19,543 nucleotides of DNA from a candidate division WOR-3 bacterium (GTDB lineage Bacteria > Hydrothermota > Tepidihabitantia > Tepidihabitantales > DTDR01), in NCBI GenBank assembly GCA_039801885.1, contig JBDRVN010000036.1:1-19543 (forward strand). The letters run 5' to 3'. The notes beneath the pieces are model-generated. The model searched no databases and was not told where the DNA came from. It saw nothing but the letters and a program-made list of their open reading frames with translations. Of the stretch, positions 16,774 through 19,543 are shown piece by piece. The first letter of the stretch is position 1. The number at the start of each line of letters is the position of its first letter. Position numbers and translations under genes: made by a program.

Positions 16774-17831
16774 ATAATTTCCAAAAGATAATCGGTCATA
16801 AAGAGAATATTGAATTTTTAAAACGTTTAAAAGATAAACCTTTTTGTCGCTCCTTAATTTTTTATGGCAAAAAAGGGATTGGTAAAAGAACCTTAGCATT
16901 AGTCTTTGCTCAATACCTTAATTGCCTTAATTCGGAAATTGCTCCTTGTGGCGAATGTTCCCATTGTCAGACAATTGAAAATTTAGAATATCCCTATTTA
17001 GATATCATTTTCCCTGGTTTAGAAAATGTGAAAGAGATAAAAGATGATGAGAAATATGAAGAGATGTTGGATTTAAGAAGTCAATATCGGCTTTTTGAAA
17101 TGAGACCGGAAACCTCTAAAAAAGCTAGTATTTCCATTGACTTGATAAAAGAACTAAAAGGAAGAATAAAAATAAAGGTGGATAATTACCGCATCTATCT
17201 AATTTTTGAAGCCGAGAAATTAACCCAAGAGGCAAGCAATGCCTTTTTGAAAACCTTAGAAGAGCCACCGGATAAGGTATTTTTCATTTTAACAACTGAC
17301 CAACTCCACAAATTACCAACAACTATTCTTTCTCGTTGTTATCTTTTAAAATTCTTTCCCCTACCAATAAGAGATATTGAAAATTATCTTATTAACAAAG
17401 GCTATTCAAAAGAAGTGGCGAAAAAGGCAAGCCTTTTCAGTTTTGGTAGTTTAAGAGAGGCAATCAAATTGGCAAACCGAGGCGAAAAGATTTTTAACGA
17501 AGAGGTAATAAAATTTACCGAAACCAGAAAAAAAGAAACCGCCTACTATCTTTTTAGGAACTTCTACGAGAAATATAGCGAGTTAGATTATGATGAGATT
17601 GTTAATTTCATCAAAGATTTAATCCTTCTTTATCGGGGCTTTTTATACCAAAAATTGGGCTATCTTTCTCTCTGGGAAGTAGAACCAAAATTAAAATATC
17701 TAGCAGAAAAGAAAAACTACGAAGAAATTATTTCTTCCCTTTATAAACTAAATCAAATTTACGAAGAATGTGAATACAACTTAAACAAAAGACTTATTCT
17801 CTTCCATCTTTATTCTTCTTTATACTGTTGA
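16758..17831 (+). CDS. holB: DNA polymerase III subunit delta'
   Basis: GKKGIGK, C..PCGECSHC Zn module, EASNAFLKTLEEPP, TILSRC. Confidence 0.88.
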   Translation: MVKPLNNFQKIIGHKENIEFLKRLKDKPFCRSLIFYGKKGIGKRTLALVFAQYLNCLNSEIAPCGECSHCQTIENLEYPYLDIIFPGLENVKEIKDDEKYEEMLDLRSQYRLFEMRPETSKKASISIDLIKELKGRIKIKVDNYRIYLIFEAEKLTQEASNAFLKTLEEPPDKVFFILTTDQLHKLPTTILSRCYLLKFFPLPIRDIENYLINKGYSKEVAKKASLFSFGSLREAIKLANRGEKIFNEEVIKFTETRKKETAYYLFRNFYEKYSELDYDEIVNFIKDLILLYRGFLYQKLGYLSLWEVEPKLKYLAEKKNYEEIISSLYKLNQIYEECEYNLNKRLILFHLYSSLYC

Positions 17832-19132
17832 AAAGGGCATTACTTATTAATCCTTGGATTTATGATTTTAAGGCTTATGATTTCTTTTTAAAGCCTTTGG
17901 GACTTTTATATTTAGCAAGCTATTTAAGAGAGAACAATTTTCAAATAGATTTTATTGACTGTCTTGATCGAAATCACCCTTTAATTTTAAAAAACTTTAA
18001 AATAAAAAAAGATAAATATGGTAGAGGAAAATTTCCTTATACCTTTATTGAGAAACCAGCAATTTATAAAGATATCAAAAGAAAATATAAGAGATATGGA
18101 ATGCCCATTGAGATATTTAAGGAGATTATTGAAAATCTAAAAGAGCCTGATTATATCTTTCTAACTTCGGTAATGACCTATTGGTATTTAGGAACCTTCG
18201 AGATGATAAAAATTCTCAAAAAAAGATTTAAGGCACCAATTATTCTTGGCGGAATCTATCCAACTCTTTATTATGAACATGCGAAAAAATATTCTCAGGC
18301 GGATATTGTCATCAAAGGAAGATTTGAAGAGGAACTTCCGAAATATTTTGATAATTTACCAAAAAGAGAATTTTTCTCTCTTCCCTATCCGGCTTATGAT
18401 TTATATCAAAAACTTGACTATGTTTGTATTTTAACTTCTCTTGGCTGCCTTTATCGTTGCCCCTATTGTGCGGTGAGATACCTAATAAATAATTACCAGA
18501 TAAGAAAGGCAGAAGATGTTTTAGCCGAGATAAAAGATTATCAAAAAAGGGGAATAAAAAATATTGTCTTTTATGATGATGCCTTACTTTTAAATCCCGA
18601 GTTTAAAAAGTTGCTAAAATTAGTTATTGAAGAGAAAGTAAGCCTAAACTTCCATACGCCAAACGGACTTCACCCAAGATATTTAAACGAAGAAACCTGC
18701 TACCTAATGAAAAAGGCAAACTTCCAAACTATCTATTTAAGTTTAGAGACCACCGATTTTGAACTCCAGATAAAATTGGGAGATAAGATAAAAACCGAAG
18801 AGTTTTTAAAGGCTTATAATAATTTAATACAGGTTGGTTTTTTACCGGAGAAGATTGAAGTCTATCTACTAATTGGCTTACCAAACCAAACAATTGAATC
18901 AGTAAAAAAAAGCATAGAATTCCTATTACCTTTAAAAGTGAAAATCCACTTAGCAGAATACTCACCAATCCCCTATACCGAAATTGCCGAAAACTTGCCG
19001 AGTATTGATGAACCTTTATTAACAAACAACATCATCTTTCCCTGCCTTAATGAGAAAGAGAAGAAAGAAGCCGAAGAACTTAAATCCTGGCTACATAAAG
19101 TAATAGCCACTTGCCATTCGCCACAAAAGTAA
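17828..19132 (+). CDS. B12-binding domain radical SAM protein
   Basis: LLINPWIYDF...PLGLLYLA, ILGGIYPTL, GCLYRCPYC (CxxxCxxC), FYDDALL, HTPNGL; TTG start overlapping the holB stop. Confidence 0.88.
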   Translation: MKRALLINPWIYDFKAYDFFLKPLGLLYLASYLRENNFQIDFIDCLDRNHPLILKNFKIKKDKYGRGKFPYTFIEKPAIYKDIKRKYKRYGMPIEIFKEIIENLKEPDYIFLTSVMTYWYLGTFEMIKILKKRFKAPIILGGIYPTLYYEHAKKYSQADIVIKGRFEEELPKYFDNLPKREFFSLPYPAYDLYQKLDYVCILTSLGCLYRCPYCAVRYLINNYQIRKAEDVLAEIKDYQKRGIKNIVFYDDALLLNPEFKKLLKLVIEEKVSLNFHTPNGLHPRYLNEETCYLMKKANFQTIYLSLETTDFELQIKLGDKIKTEEFLKAYNNLIQVGFLPEKIEVYLLIGLPNQTIESVKKSIEFLLPLKVKIHLAEYSPIPYTEIAENLPSIDEPLLTNNIIFPCLNEKEKKEAEELKSWLHKVIATCHSPQK

Positions 19133-19423
19133 TGCCCTTAACCTTTTTAATTATTTTGTCAATAATAAAATAAGTTTTTAAATAGAAAGACTTTTATAAC
19201 TCTTTAAACAGGTTTAAAATATCATTTATTAGCTCTTCTGTTAAATATTTTTTATTTTCCAATGGTTTATTAAACCAATATTTTGCTATTTTTGTTTTCT
19301 TTTATATCTGCTGATAAAAATTGATATCCCAATTTGTCGCTAAATAAATTAAAAAAAGTGGTAACCTTTTTGCCTTCTTTTACGTTATATATATATAAGG
19401 GGAAAATATAAAAAGGAGAGATT

Positions 19424-19510
19424 ATGAAGTTGTATTTAAGTGAAGAAGAGAAGAAAAAGATAAAGAATTTGCCGAAACAACTGGAGAAGAAAAGAAATGA
19501 AGGGAAATGA
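19424..19510 (+). CDS. Small 28-aa ORF MKLYLSEEEKKKIKNLPKQLEKKRNEGK (small protein, leader, or fragment)
   Basis: AAGGAG Shine-Dalgarno a few nt before ATG 19424; TGA 19508-19510; no recognisable family. Confidence 0.3.
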   Translation: MKLYLSEEEKKKIKNLPKQLEKKRNEGK

Positions 19511-19543
19511 TTTTTACCGAAAGGAAATGACTTTTCCCTTTAC

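Noticed and set aside
3592-19025. Short alternative-frame and antisense ORFs in the track (e.g. 3592, 3671, 7223, 8336, 9938, 10516, 11046, 13789, 13862, 14164-14745, 14962, 16160, 16426, 18246, 18729)
   Set aside because: All lie within well-supported genes and show no recognisable motifs; typical shadow ORFs
19135-19162. Perfect TTGACA on the minus strand, antisense to the radical SAM gene
   Set aside because: No acceptable -10 hexamer at 16-18 nt spacing (TAAGGG)
1-19543. CRISPR array, tRNA/rRNA, riboswitch, transposase or integrase
   Set aside because: Intergenic spaces are short and AT-rich with no regularly spaced repeats or GC-rich stems, and no ORF has mobile-element motifs; a covariance-model scan was not possible

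Overview
AT-rich bacterial chromosomal window using standard code 11. Protein style (SBBP and T9SS/FlgD-type C-terminal domains, PorV-like barrel) suggests an FCB-related lineage such as candidate phylum WOR-3; this is inference. Left to right: the 3' end of rpmJ (L36, missed by the ORF track), a DUF362/ferredoxin gene, then a tightly coupled 8-gene envelope operon (1171-9656). That operon encodes an Ig-repeat protein with a T9SS/FlgD-like C-terminal domain, a PorV/FadL-like barrel fused to a FlgD-like Ig domain, a large TPR protein, ExbB, two ExbDs, TonB, and a FlgD-Ig plus degenerate OmpA-like protein. It converges on a minus-strand operon acpP-fabF-etfB-coaE-pyrE-like. Next come a mini SBBP/CTD gene flanked by near-identical divergent promoters and an ftsE-ftsX-envC-holB-radical SAM operon. 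The best candidate for an undescribed system is the envelope operon: a TonB-ExbB-ExbD motor with no TonB-dependent receptor and no TolB/Pal, linked to T9SS-like parts, in which one ExbD lacks the conserved transmembrane Asp. No RNA genes, CRISPR arrays or transposases were seen. All family calls come from motif recognition by eye, not database searches.
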